Of a stretch of 64,000 nt of DNA, positions 7,638 to 17,000 are shown piece by piece. The notes beneath the pieces are model-generated. The model was given only the letters and a program-made list of their open reading frames with translations, was not told the DNA's origin and ran no database searches. Position 1 is the first letter of the stretch; every line of letters starts with the position of its first letter. This DNA comes from Anaerolineales bacterium (GTDB lineage Bacteria > Chloroflexota > Anaerolineae > Anaerolineales > UBA11858). Both the position numbers and the translations under genes were made by a program. The stretch is from NCBI GenBank assembly GCA_046483045.1, contig JAWODY010000005.1, positions 512-64,511 of the forward strand. The letters run 5' to 3'.

Positions 7638-9113
7638 TCAGTCAGCGCGAACGGATACTGTTTTTTCCTGCTGCCAGCGCTCCGCCAGCCACAGGCCGAG
7701 GCCGAGTACGGCCAGGCTGGTCAGCAGGTAAAGGGCGACAATTACCAAAGACGTGCCGTTGACCCAGGCGCCGTAGATCAGACCGGCCAGAGTGCTGAAG
7801 ATGGAGACCCAGAAGACATACACCCAAGCCTTCAGTCGTCCGATGATGGAAGCTGTGAGCAGAATGCTCTGTAGGCTGAGTTCGGGGTCGGAGATCAGGT
7901 AAGCCAGGAGCGGACCGCGGTGCATGCCCAGGTCCAAAAACATCTGGGCGATGGGAACCTCCACCAGGGTGGGGAAATACATAAAAACGCCAAATACCAC
8001 ACCGATGAAGTTGCCGAACACCGTGTTGCTGCCAGCCAAGGTCTGGATCCATTCCGGCTGGATGATTTCCCGGATCATGCCCACGGCAAAGACGCCCACG
8101 ATGAGGAGAGGGAAGATCTGCTTCACGAAGCGCCAGGATTCCCACAGGAAGCCCTGGGCTTCTGTCCGCGTCAGCTGGGTGGCCAGTATCCAGCCCAGGA
8201 TGATCACTGCCAGGCTGACGCCGAAGAACTTACCGGTGAAGGCCACGGTCAGGCCGCCGGAGTGGGGTGTCATGCCCAGAGAGGCGATCATCAGCGTGAT
8301 CCCCACCAGCCCTGTGGAGATCCAGGTCCAGGTGTTGAAACCTTCCAGGATGTTTTCTAATCCCTTCCAAGCGCTGAGGCCGATCAACCCCAGCATACCG
8401 ATCAGCAGGGCGCCTTGCACTGTGACCCCTTCCTCGCCGCGGCTGGGGTCAAAGGGTACCAGCTGGTGCAGAAAGTCCTGGAAAGTCCCAGCGCCCTCCA
8501 AGGGCAGGTTGAGCTGGGCGTAGCCTTTGGTCAGGAAGTCCAGCTGGAAGGTGCCCGCCACCAGCAGGAAAACCAGCGCCAGCAAGAAAACCACTGCGGC
8601 TCGGTTCATGGAGCTACCACCAACAAACATGTCATCCGCGGCCTGTGCTCTGGCTGCATCGGACTTGCGGAAGGTGAGGGCCATGATCAGGCCCACGCCG
8701 ATGCCGAAGGCGATGGCCAGCAGCAGGCGGGCGATGGCCAGATCCATGCCCAGCACCGTGCCGGTGTAAGAGAGGGCCAGGATGTTCACCGCCGGGGCTA
8801 CGAATAAAAAGGTGATGGCGGGACCGATCCCGGCGCCCTTTTTATGGATCCCGGCAAAAAGCGGGATCACGGTGCAGGAACACACCGCCAACAAAAATCC
8901 GGCTGCCGCGGCCGCGGGGTAAGAGATAAATTTAGGGGTGTTCCGGCCCAGATAGCGAGTCACGGATTCCTTGGGGATGAGGGCGGACATGGCGCCGGCG
9001 ATATAGAAGGCGGGCAGCAGGCAGAGCAGCACGTGAGCCGCCAGGTAGGCGGCCAGGTTGCCCAAACCACCGTAAAACAGTTGGGGCAGAAAATTGAGTA
9101 TGTCTTTAATCAT
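7638..9113 (-). CDS. Polytopic permease of the ArsP/UPF0718 (DUF318) type
   Basis: 491 aa and multi-TM. AVCSCTVIPLFAGIHKKGAGIGPAITFLFVAPAVNILAL contains the vicinal Cys-Ser-Cys motif characteristic of ArsP-type permeases. Genomic context is ArsR plus small Trx proteins. Confidence 0.75.
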   Translation of the reverse strand: MIKDILNFLPQLFYGGLGNLAAYLAAHVLLCLLPAFYIAGAMSALIPKESVTRYLGRNTPKFISYPAAAAAGFLLAVCSCTVIPLFAGIHKKGAGIGPAITFLFVAPAVNILALSYTGTVLGMDLAIARLLLAIAFGIGVGLIMALTFRKSDAARAQAADDMFVGGSSMNRAAVVFLLALVFLLVAGTFQLDFLTKGYAQLNLPLEGAGTFQDFLHQLVPFDPSRGEEGVTVQGALLIGMLGLIGLSAWKGLENILEGFNTWTWISTGLVGITLMIASLGMTPHSGGLTVAFTGKFFGVSLAVIILGWILATQLTRTEAQGFLWESWRFVKQIFPLLIVGVFAVGMIREIIQPEWIQTLAGSNTVFGNFIGVVFGVFMYFPTLVEVPIAQMFLDLGMHRGPLLAYLISDPELSLQSILLTASIIGRLKAWVYVFWVSIFSTLAGLIYGAWVNGTSLVIVALYLLTSLAVLGLGLWLAERWQQEKTVSVRAD

Positions 9114-9208
9114 AGGTTAGCCTCGAGAATATATTCCGTATTTTGAATGTAATGGATCAAAAATATACCCCGGAATGGCGGTCTATCCGGGGCGGGGTTA
9201 AACGGAGT

Positions 9209-9460
9209 CTAGCTCTGCGCAGCAGCTTCTTTAAGGTAGCCTGTGACCTCTTCCAATGAGGGGATGCGGCTCTTGCATACCACCTCATCGTTGATGGCTA
9301 GGCCGGGTGTGGACATCACACCCATCTCGACGATTTCTGCAGGGTCGGTTACTTTTTGCACTTCAGCTTCCAGGTCCAGTTCCTGCAGCGCTTTCAGGGT
9401 CAGCTGCTCCACACGTTTGCAGTTTGGGCATCCGGGGCCCAGGATTTTGACGGATAACAT
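9209..9460 (-). CDS. Redox-active disulfide protein 2-type small thioredoxin (83 aa), CPNC motif
   Basis: VKILGPGCPNCKRVEQL..VMSTPGLAINDEVV..RIPSLEEV. Confidence 0.8.
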   Translation of the reverse strand: MLSVKILGPGCPNCKRVEQLTLKALQELDLEAEVQKVTDPAEIVEMGVMSTPGLAINDEVVCKSRIPSLEEVTGYLKEAAAQS

Positions 9461-9472
9461 CTTATATACCTC

Positions 9473-9832
9473 CTACGTTGAGTGGCACTTTGGACAGGGG
9501 CAGTCACTAGTTGCTTTTCGTTCCGGCGCTTCTGGCAAACCCAGCATCTTTCTGGCCTTGTGGATCAGCGTTAGCGTTTCAGGATCACGCAGGTTGTAAT
9601 ATACATAGCGACCTTCCTGACGGGTGGAGAGTAGCCCAGCATCCCGAAGCACCATCAACTGCTGGGAGATGTAGGCCTGCCTTTGGTCCAGCATGGCTTC
9701 TAAATGACAGACGCAGGCTTCTCTCCTGCCAATTTCCAGCAGGATGTCCAAACGGGCGGGGTGGCCGAGGATTTTAAACAGCTCGCTGATTCTCCCTGCG
9801 ATAGTTTTCTTAGTGACGGTTGACATATTCAT
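9473..9832 (-). CDS. arsR: ArsR/SmtB-family metalloregulator
   Basis: LGHPARLDILLEI..EACVCHLEAML..QQLMVLRDAGLL has the CVC site of As(III)-sensing ArsR. There is an extra Cys-rich tail, DCPCPKCH. Confidence 0.85.
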   Translation of the reverse strand: MNMSTVTKKTIAGRISELFKILGHPARLDILLEIGRREACVCHLEAMLDQRQAYISQQLMVLRDAGLLSTRQEGRYVYYNLRDPETLTLIHKARKMLGLPEAPERKATSDCPCPKCHST

Positions 9833-9937
9833 TCTGGTGAATATGATAACAATATCACAAGCAATGTAAAGGTGACAAATGTCATCTCTGAGGTTGAAAA
9901 CCAGGTAGTTTCTGTTGAGATGGCGTTTTACAGATCA

Positions 9938-11071
9938 TCAGCATCCGGGTGTATGGTCTGCTTGCATCTTTCGGGAAATGAGGCGGTCCAATTTCCCCAT
10001 GGGGTATTCTTCCAGCTCAGACAGGGGGGACCAAGTCCAACTTGAATGGAAGGATAACTGAATGTCTGATGTGCGAAAGGTGCACAGGAACGCGTGCAGG
10101 GTGATCTTGTAATGCGTATAGGCATGTTGATAGACGCCCACTTTTTCCTGGATGTCGATGTGGATCCCCAGCTCTTCTTTGATCTCTCGTTCCAGACATT
10201 CCTCCAGCGTTTCGTCCTCTCCCATTTTCCCCCCGGGAAATTCCCACATTCCCCCGAGGAGGGCCTTTGGAGGGCGCTTAGCTAACAGAAATGATCCATT
10301 TTTGTGGATGACCGCTGCGGTCACTGTGTGGTGGGGGATGGGTGCCTTTTCCTTGTATACAGGGCGCTGCTCCTGGATCTTGTGATCATAGGCTTGGCAA
10401 TGTTTTATCAGGGGGCATCTGGGGCAATCCGGTGATTGAGGGGTACAGATACTCGCTCCCAGGTCCATTAATGCCTGGTTGAAGTCGCCGGCTTCACCGG
10501 GAGGCAGTTGTTCTTCAGCGAGGGTTTGGATCTGTTTTTTTCCTTCCGCTGTGGAGAGAGGAAGGCCCACATTAAAGACTCTGGAGTATACCCGGCGGAC
10601 ATTTCCATCAATAGCTGGAACATCTTGTTCAAAGGCCATAGAAGCAATGGCCGCTGCGGTGTAGGGTCCAATCCCGGGCAGGCTCTGGAGAACTTCTACA
10701 TTCCTGGGTAGGTTTCCCTGATTGGTTTCCACCAACCTTTTCGCTGCCTGGTGAAGGTACCGGGCGCGGCGGTAGTAACCTAGGCCTTCCCATTCCTTTA
10801 AAACAGCGTCTTCACTGGCGTTTGCTACCGCGTGAACGCTGGGAAAGCGTTCCATCCAGCGCTCAAAATAGGGAATGGCGGTTGCGACCCTCGTCTGCTG
10901 GAGCATGACTTCGGAAACCCAAACAGCGTAAGGGTCTTTATGATTCCGCCAGGGTAAATCCCTGGCTTGATCTCTGTACCAGGCTAGCAGTTGTCTGGAT
11001 AGTGTTTTTTCTACCATAGGTTTCATCGTTTCGGGCAGGTCTTCCCCAGTGTACCATGACTCGAACCCCAT
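9938..11071 (-). CDS. mutY: A/G-specific adenine DNA glycosylase
   Basis: LLAWYRDQARDLPWR..DPYAVWVSEVMLQQTRV, an Fe-S loop (CTPQSPDCPRCPLIKHC) and a C-terminal NUDIX-like domain (GGMWEFPGGK). The start may be an internal Met. Confidence 0.9.
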   Translation of the reverse strand: MGFESWYTGEDLPETMKPMVEKTLSRQLLAWYRDQARDLPWRNHKDPYAVWVSEVMLQQTRVATAIPYFERWMERFPSVHAVANASEDAVLKEWEGLGYYRRARYLHQAAKRLVETNQGNLPRNVEVLQSLPGIGPYTAAAIASMAFEQDVPAIDGNVRRVYSRVFNVGLPLSTAEGKKQIQTLAEEQLPPGEAGDFNQALMDLGASICTPQSPDCPRCPLIKHCQAYDHKIQEQRPVYKEKAPIPHHTVTAAVIHKNGSFLLAKRPPKALLGGMWEFPGGKMGEDETLEECLEREIKEELGIHIDIQEKVGVYQHAYTHYKITLHAFLCTFRTSDIQLSFHSSWTWSPLSELEEYPMGKLDRLISRKMQADHTPGC

Positions 11072-11189
11072 TGTCTGGTTCAGCGATTACTTAGTGCCGA
11101 AGCGCGGTTTTTGGAAAATATAACGCCGTCTGGAGTTAACTTTTCTGTCTCATTGACACAGGTTTTCCTCTCGTTTACACTGGAGTGGA

Positions 11190-12434
11190 ATGCCAGGTAT
11201 TAAGGAGCATTTCATGAAATGGAAGCTTTCCCGACTCTTGACCCTCTCTTTGTTGGCGGCCAGTGTGATCACAGGCTGTGGTTTGGTTACACCCGACCCC
11301 GCAGAGGAAGATTTGAGAGTTAAGCTTAAAGTAGCAGCCACGCTTACCAAAGAGGCCCTTGAAAGAGCGCAAACATACACCCCGGTGGCGGAGCCCACCT
11401 TCAGAGCAACGGTCAGACCGACGGCTAGCCCCACGGCTACGCCTTTGCCTGCCACTAAGACGATGGAGCCCACCCTCAGCCCGACAGCAACCTTGACGCC
11501 CACCACAGCACATCTGAAGATACCGGGAGAGCCGGGCCAGAAACTTGCCAGCTACTTAACCGATATATCCTCCATCTTCAACGCAGCGGAAGGGTATACC
11601 TATGGGGATACATACTTGGTCAACCGTTTTGAGCGGCCTTTTGAGGAATCGACCATGTCGTACATTGGGTACCTGGATATTATCTACACGGAGCTCAAAC
11701 ACGACTCGCCTTGGTTGTACTTTATCATTCATCTCCAGGAAGCTTTGCCGGAGGTGGGAGATGCGCGATACGGTATAGAATTTGACCTGGATGAAGATGG
11801 TCGAGGGGAGTATTTCCTTTCCGCTTCCTTACCTGAGGGCAAAGGGTGGACCACGGATGGGGTTTGGGTTTATGAAGACCTGAATGGCGATGTGGGAGGA
11901 ACGTACCCAGTGTTCCCGGATGCTTCTGCAGATGAGCGTGACGGGTATGAGGAGGTTGTTTTTGAGGAGGGGCGGGGTTCGGATCCTGAATTGGCTTGGG
12001 TCCGTCGAGATCCTGAAGATGCCCGTAGAGTCCAGATTGCTTTAAAAGAGACACTAATCAAGGACCCGGGATTTTTATGGAGCATTTGGGCGGAAGGGGG
12101 AGAGAGCAATCCCGCCTTTGCGGACTACAATGATCATTGGTCGTTGGAGGAGGTGGGCGTTCCTCTTCCCGGGCATCCGTTATACCCGATTAAAAACTTG
12201 GCCCTCGTGGACAGCACCTGCCGTTCCTGGTATGGGTTTCAACCGGATGTGATCCGGCCTGGCATGTGTCAGAGGAGCGATGCAGCGTCAGGTTGGAAGG
12301 TCTGCTTTTCGTTTAAAGTTAGTGACCTGACGACCGTAAGTCAATGTGATGTCCTGTGTCTGGATGTCTGTCCTCGCTTACCAAGAGCGAGCGAAAAAAT
12401 AGAATATCAGTGCAAGAGATGTTCATCAGAATGA
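11190..12434 (+). CDS. Lipoprotein of unknown function with a Thr/Pro-rich linker
   Basis: Lipobox LLAASVITGCG and a TPxPT-rich stretch. The C-terminal ~300 aa are unassigned. Confidence 0.6.
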   Translation: MPGIKEHFMKWKLSRLLTLSLLAASVITGCGLVTPDPAEEDLRVKLKVAATLTKEALERAQTYTPVAEPTFRATVRPTASPTATPLPATKTMEPTLSPTATLTPTTAHLKIPGEPGQKLASYLTDISSIFNAAEGYTYGDTYLVNRFERPFEESTMSYIGYLDIIYTELKHDSPWLYFIIHLQEALPEVGDARYGIEFDLDEDGRGEYFLSASLPEGKGWTTDGVWVYEDLNGDVGGTYPVFPDASADERDGYEEVVFEEGRGSDPELAWVRRDPEDARRVQIALKETLIKDPGFLWSIWAEGGESNPAFADYNDHWSLEEVGVPLPGHPLYPIKNLALVDSTCRSWYGFQPDVIRPGMCQRSDAASGWKVCFSFKVSDLTTVSQCDVLCLDVCPRLPRASEKIEYQCKRCSSE

Positions 12435-12495
12435 GCTCTAAGAATAGGTTTGGCTGCCTAACCCTTGGATAGGGCCTTTCTGGAGGAGGATCATC

Positions 12496-12783
12496 ATGAC
12501 AGTACATAATTTCTCAGGTATTATCTTTGTGACCCCAGTCTTAAAAATAGAGCAGCGAAAGTCAGTCCAGATGCTTATCAACAGCATCCGCATACTTGGT
12601 GGGCCTCTCCGGGAGAGTGAGATTTGGATTTTTGATTCCAGCCCCCACGCAGACCTTTGCGGGAGCATGGAAGCCTCCAATCCGAAAACCATTAAGACTA
12701 GACCTGACGCCTTTTTGGAAACTTGTCATTTCTTGGTATGCACCCCTGCTGGAAAGATGGCTTCCCAGCGTTTGGGGCTATGA
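12496..12783 (+). CDS. Hypothetical small protein (95 aa)
   Basis: The ATG is preceded by GGAGGAGGA about 6 nt upstream. No motifs recognised. It could be a gene fragment. Confidence 0.25.
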   Translation: MTVHNFSGIIFVTPVLKIEQRKSVQMLINSIRILGGPLRESEIWIFDSSPHADLCGSMEASNPKTIKTRPDAFLETCHFLVCTPAGKMASQRLGL

Positions 12784-12808
12784 GGGTGAGAGAGGCTATT
12801 TCTAATTA

Positions 12809-13696
12809 CTAGTGTCCGATGGTTTTACGCGCCAGGGCGATTGATCCTAATATACCGGCTTGGTATCCCAGGGCAGGGGGGACGATGTAATGATCGATGT
12901 CCTGTATGATCTCAGGGACCTGGATATATGCATTGAGAGTATCCAGGACCTTGGATCGGATGAGTGGGAAGAGATGTTTTTGCTGCATCACACCTCCCCC
13001 CAAGATGACCCGCTGAGGTGCTAATATTGAGATATAGTTGACAACGGCGTAGGCCACGTAATGCGCTTCCAGCGCCCAGGCAGGATGATCCTCTGAAAAC
13101 GTTTCCGCCGGGCTCCCCCAGCGTGCTTCCAGGGCAGGGCCGGAGGCTAAACCTTCAAAGCAGTCATGGTGATAGGAGCAGAACCCCTCAAATGGATCCT
13201 GATTTCTATCATGCGGGATGGATATGTGGCCCATTTCTGGGTGCATCAATCCGTGCAGAAGGTTCCCTTCTACCAAAGCTCCTCCCCCGATTCCGGTTCC
13301 GATGGTCAAGTAAAGAAACGTGTCCAACCCCTGCGCAGCTCCCCAACGGTGTTCGCCCAAGGTGGCTGCGTTGACATCGGTGTCGAAACCGATTGGAAGA
13401 TCAAAAACGCTTTCGATGGAACCTAGTATATCTGTCCCCGCCCATCCGGGTTTGGGTGTTTCTGTGATACATCCGTACGTTGGGGAATTTGGATCCAGGT
13501 CGAGTGGACCAAACGATCCGATGCCCACAGCCTCCAGTTGATCAGCACTGGGTTCAAAAAAGGCGATGACCTTGGGGATGGTTTCTCCAGGTGAGGTCGT
13601 GAGAATGCGTGTTTCACTCAGTATGTGCTCAGGGTCAGTCCCCATCATACAGATGACCTTTGTGCCGCCTATTTCAATCCCACCATAGAGTGACAA
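12809..13696 (-). CDS. ROK-family sugar kinase (fructokinase/glucokinase-like) module
   Basis: [12 protein letters not shown].., [17 protein letters not shown] and [19 protein letters not shown] (ROK Zn motif). A candidate TTG start at 13696 has GAGAGG 7 nt upstream. There is no stop codon separating it from the upstream MFS frame. Confidence 0.8.
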   Translation of the reverse strand: MSLYGGIEIGGTKVICMMGTDPEHILSETRILTTSPGETIPKVIAFFEPSADQLEAVGIGSFGPLDLDPNSPTYGCITETPKPGWAGTDILGSIESVFDLPIGFDTDVNAATLGEHRWGAAQGLDTFLYLTIGTGIGGGALVEGNLLHGLMHPEMGHISIPHDRNQDPFEGFCSYHHDCFEGLASGPALEARWGSPAETFSEDHPAWALEAHYVAYAVVNYISILAPQRVILGGGVMQQKHLFPLIRSKVLDTLNAYIQVPEIIQDIDHYIVPPALGYQAGILGSIALARKTIGH

Positions 13697-15069
13697 TTTC
13701 TGGCCTCTCTTATCGTTTGTTAATCCTACCGTCTCAGGTGTCCTGTTTTTTTCTGAGGAGAGGTAATCCCAGTTATTCCCTCCCCGGGCATGAATGCGTG
13801 CTCGTTTTTCCATAGTTTCCCGCAGTGTTTCAATATCTTTCGGAACGAAGAAGACGACTAAGAACACAAGGCAGGTCCCCACAATCCATGAAGTGATGCT
13901 GATACTCAAGATGGCGGTATGCAGTGAGGTTTGAACGGCGATCAGGCCAGCGAAAAATGGAGCGGTGGCAGCCCCGCTGTCCATGAAGAGCTGGCGCAGC
14001 GCCTGGGCTGTACTCCGCACTTCTGGAAGCGTGATATCATGCATGGTTGCCATCAAGTTGGGTGAAACCAAGGCTAAAAAGAAACCGGTCAGGGCAAGCA
14101 TAATCAAATACATCAGGGCATCTGTGAAGGGAAGTAAAAAGGAGATCACAAGAGACATCCCTCCCAAAAAGGTCCCCAGTCCGGCCAGGAGCATCCTCCC
14201 CCGCGGGTTGAGAAGGAAAAGTTTATCTCCCAGATTCCCCCCGATTAAATAACCGAGAACCAAGGTCCCATTTGCCAGAAGCATAGTCCCCATTGCACCC
14301 AATGCGGAATACCCCCTTTCCACTTCCAGGTAATGAAAAAGCCAAAACGTCAGCACATTCCAGGTAAATACACTCACAAAGCCGTGGCCGATCAAATAGA
14401 GGAGACTCATGTTTTTTCGCAGGTCTTTGATTTCTTGCCAGGAGATGCGGTATTCCCGTATCTCTTCGAGGGGGGATGCATTTCCGGTTCTGAGATACCC
14501 CTGGGGCGGTCTTTGATGCCAAAGAAGATGATGAATGACATGCTCACACCGATGATGCCAGTGATGATAAAGATGTTTCGCCATCCGATGACCCTGCTCA
14601 GGGTGGAAGCCAATATGATCCCGATCATGTACCCGAACGGGCCGGAAATTTGCATCAGGCCGTAAATTTTCCCGCGCAGGCTGGGTTTAAAATAATCCGA
14701 GAGCAGGCTGTACAGTCCGGGATAACTGGAATCGTCGATGCCCGTGCTGGCCCGGGTGATCATAAAGGTCCGAAAATTGGGGGCAATGGCGCTCAGAGCG
14801 GTTGTGGATCCCCAAATCAAGGAAGCCAGGGAAAGCAGCTTGGGTCGGGAGAACCTGTCATAAAGATATCCCCATGCCGGGTAGAGCAGCGAGGAAACAA
14901 TGATCCCTAGGCTGGAGACCGCGCCCATTTTAGCCTCATTGATCTGATGTTCAGCCATGATCGCGGTCAGGAGCGGTGAAATGATGGTCTTGTCCGCCTG
15001 GTGAAAGAGTAAAAATGCAAATAGGATGATGACAACCAGCCAGCGTTTGGGTGATTTAGCTGTACTCAT
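13697..15069 (-). pseudogene. MFS transporter with its reading frame broken in a G6 (C6 on the coding strand) tract
   Basis: The N-terminal half is ORF 14407..15069 (..[18 protein letters not shown]). The C-terminal half continues in another frame (..[18 protein letters not shown]..). Adding one C in the run at 14470..14475 joins them as [14 protein letters not shown]. This could be a sequencing error. Confidence 0.6.
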
Positions 15070-15079
15070 TTGTTCTCTT

Positions 15080-16978
15080 TTATTCCACTTTTTTGCCGAA
15101 AGATCGATCGAAAAAGTTCAAGAGTTCTTTATACAGAACTTTCTGGTTTTTGGGTCTGGAGATCCCGTGACCTTCATCTGCAAAACGCAGGTTTTCATAA
15201 GAGACCCCGGCTTGGTCCAGCGCATCCCGGATCACCCTCACGTTTTCCGGGGTGACATTGGGGTCGCGGTCCCCCTGCACGATGAGCAGGTTTCCCTGAA
15301 TCTCTGAGACGAAGTTAATCGGGGATCGATCGTGATACTTCTCCGGGACTTCCTCAGGGTTCCCCCCCATCATCTCTTCGCTGTAGGGGCGGAGGTCAGG
15401 GCGGGTGCTCTCGTAATCCACCACAAGGTCGGTCATTCCGCACACGGGCGCAGCTGCAGCAAGGACTTCCGGCGGGAAGCAGGTGATCGCGTACCAGGAG
15501 GAGTATCCCCCGTAAGACGTCCCGGTGATCCCCACCTTGCCCTCTTCTGCGATCCCTTCAGCAATCAAAGCTTCAATGCCCCGGCGGATGTCTTCCTGTT
15601 CCATCCCTCCCCAGCCGTCCTTTTTGATTTCTTCCTGGAACGCTACCCCAAAACCGGTGCTGCCCCGATAGTTGGGATCAAGGACGTTATACCCGTTCTG
15701 CGCGAAGAGCTGTATTTGGTTGTTGATTGCATCCTGACTGTGGGCGGTGGGGCCGCCGTGAACGTAGACGATCGTCCCTCTTGGATTTGATTCTGGACGA
15801 TAAAGCCACCCCTGAATGACCAGCCCATCTGCGCCTTCCCAGCAGAAATCTTCCGCCTGGGTGAAATCATCCTCGGTGAGGATCGTCTGCTCCCAGATCC
15901 GGGAGATGCTGGCGTCCCGATCATATGCTGGTCTTTGGATGGAAAAACGGCAGATGTCGCTGGGCTGGCTGGAGCTGTAGAATTGGCCTACCCAGGTATG
16001 ATCAGCAAAAGGCCCAAGGGGGATGAGGTTGCCCTCATCCAATGCCACCTGATCTTCTTTGCCAGTGGTGGGATCCAGCAGGCTGGCGTGCGTCCGCGCC
16101 TCGCGGACTTCAATGACCACGATCTGGTCGCTGCCGTAGGGGACGAAGGCTTGCTCGATATTCCGATCTGGATCATCCACTAGCCACCTTACTTCGTCCT
16201 TTTTTATTTGATAGATCCCCAATTTGCGGTGGGTGGGGGTTTCGACCAGGAAGAGGATCTGGGTCTTGTTTGGAATCCAGGATGCAAAGACCTTGACATC
16301 TTTCCCGAAATTTAATATTTCACGGTCACTCTCCCCTTCAATGTTTACAACCCAGACCTGCCGTCCTGCGGGATGAAGGTCTTTGCGATTGTAAAGGACC
16401 CACCGCCCATCCGTACTCAACTGGGGGACGATGTAGCCACCTTTTTCAGGTTGGGCCAGGACCTTTCGTTCTCCTGTGTCGAGGTCATGGCGATATATCC
16501 AGGTAGGTTCGATCTCTTTCCCTGTTTCGAAGTCATAATTTGCGCTGTATACTAACCAGCGCCCGTTGGGGTGGAGATCTCCCCCGCGGATGAAAAAGTC
16601 CGGGTCGGGTACCGTGAGGGGAAACATGGTGAGGGGATTTTCGAGAAGGATCCGGAAAAGCTGGTAGCGCTCGTTCCCTCCCTTGTCCTCAGCGACGATC
16701 ACGCCGGCGCTGTCCGGGAGCCAGCTTACCAGAAAGGTGTTTTCGGTCGTTTCGGAAAGCCGGATAGGGGGTTGTGAGCTGTCCGTAGGCGCTGCGAAGA
16801 CATCGTACGCCGGTCCCATTCTGGCCCAGGTCCAGGCAGCCCATTTCCCATCCCGGGAGATTTCTGGTCGAGCCATGCCTGGTAAAGAGAGCAGGGCGTC
16901 CAGGTATTCGTCCGGTGTGAATTCCCTTTTATCAATCGCATCCATTACTTTCCTCCACTTGAAATGGAAATCATCCAA
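15080..16978 (-). CDS. S9-family serine peptidase (prolyl oligopeptidase / acylaminoacyl peptidase type)
   Basis: N-terminal beta-propeller-like region. C-terminal GITGTSYGGYSS nucleophile elbow, plus D..H (EGHGI). Confidence 0.85.
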   Translation of the reverse strand: MDDFHFKWRKVMDAIDKREFTPDEYLDALLSLPGMARPEISRDGKWAAWTWARMGPAYDVFAAPTDSSQPPIRLSETTENTFLVSWLPDSAGVIVAEDKGGNERYQLFRILLENPLTMFPLTVPDPDFFIRGGDLHPNGRWLVYSANYDFETGKEIEPTWIYRHDLDTGERKVLAQPEKGGYIVPQLSTDGRWVLYNRKDLHPAGRQVWVVNIEGESDREILNFGKDVKVFASWIPNKTQILFLVETPTHRKLGIYQIKKDEVRWLVDDPDRNIEQAFVPYGSDQIVVIEVREARTHASLLDPTTGKEDQVALDEGNLIPLGPFADHTWVGQFYSSSQPSDICRFSIQRPAYDRDASISRIWEQTILTEDDFTQAEDFCWEGADGLVIQGWLYRPESNPRGTIVYVHGGPTAHSQDAINNQIQLFAQNGYNVLDPNYRGSTGFGVAFQEEIKKDGWGGMEQEDIRRGIEALIAEGIAEEGKVGITGTSYGGYSSWYAITCFPPEVLAAAAPVCGMTDLVVDYESTRPDLRPYSEEMMGGNPEEVPEKYHDRSPINFVSEIQGNLLIVQGDRDPNVTPENVRVIRDALDQAGVSYENLRFADEGHGISRPKNQKVLYKELLNFFDRSFGKKVE

Positions 16979-17000
16979 CCCGCAGGGGTAAAAATGGGGA

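Noticed and set aside
11150-11513. Long V/G/S/A-rich minus-strand ORFs, and the analogous 51133..51516
   Set aside because: They are mirror images of the Thr/Pro-rich linkers of lipoprotein genes on the plus strand, so they are low-complexity artefacts.
12438-12692. 84-aa minus-strand ORF in the convergent gap after the lipoprotein gene
   Set aside because: It has no RBS or motif and overlaps the slightly better supported plus-strand ORF 12496..12783, which itself is only weakly supported.
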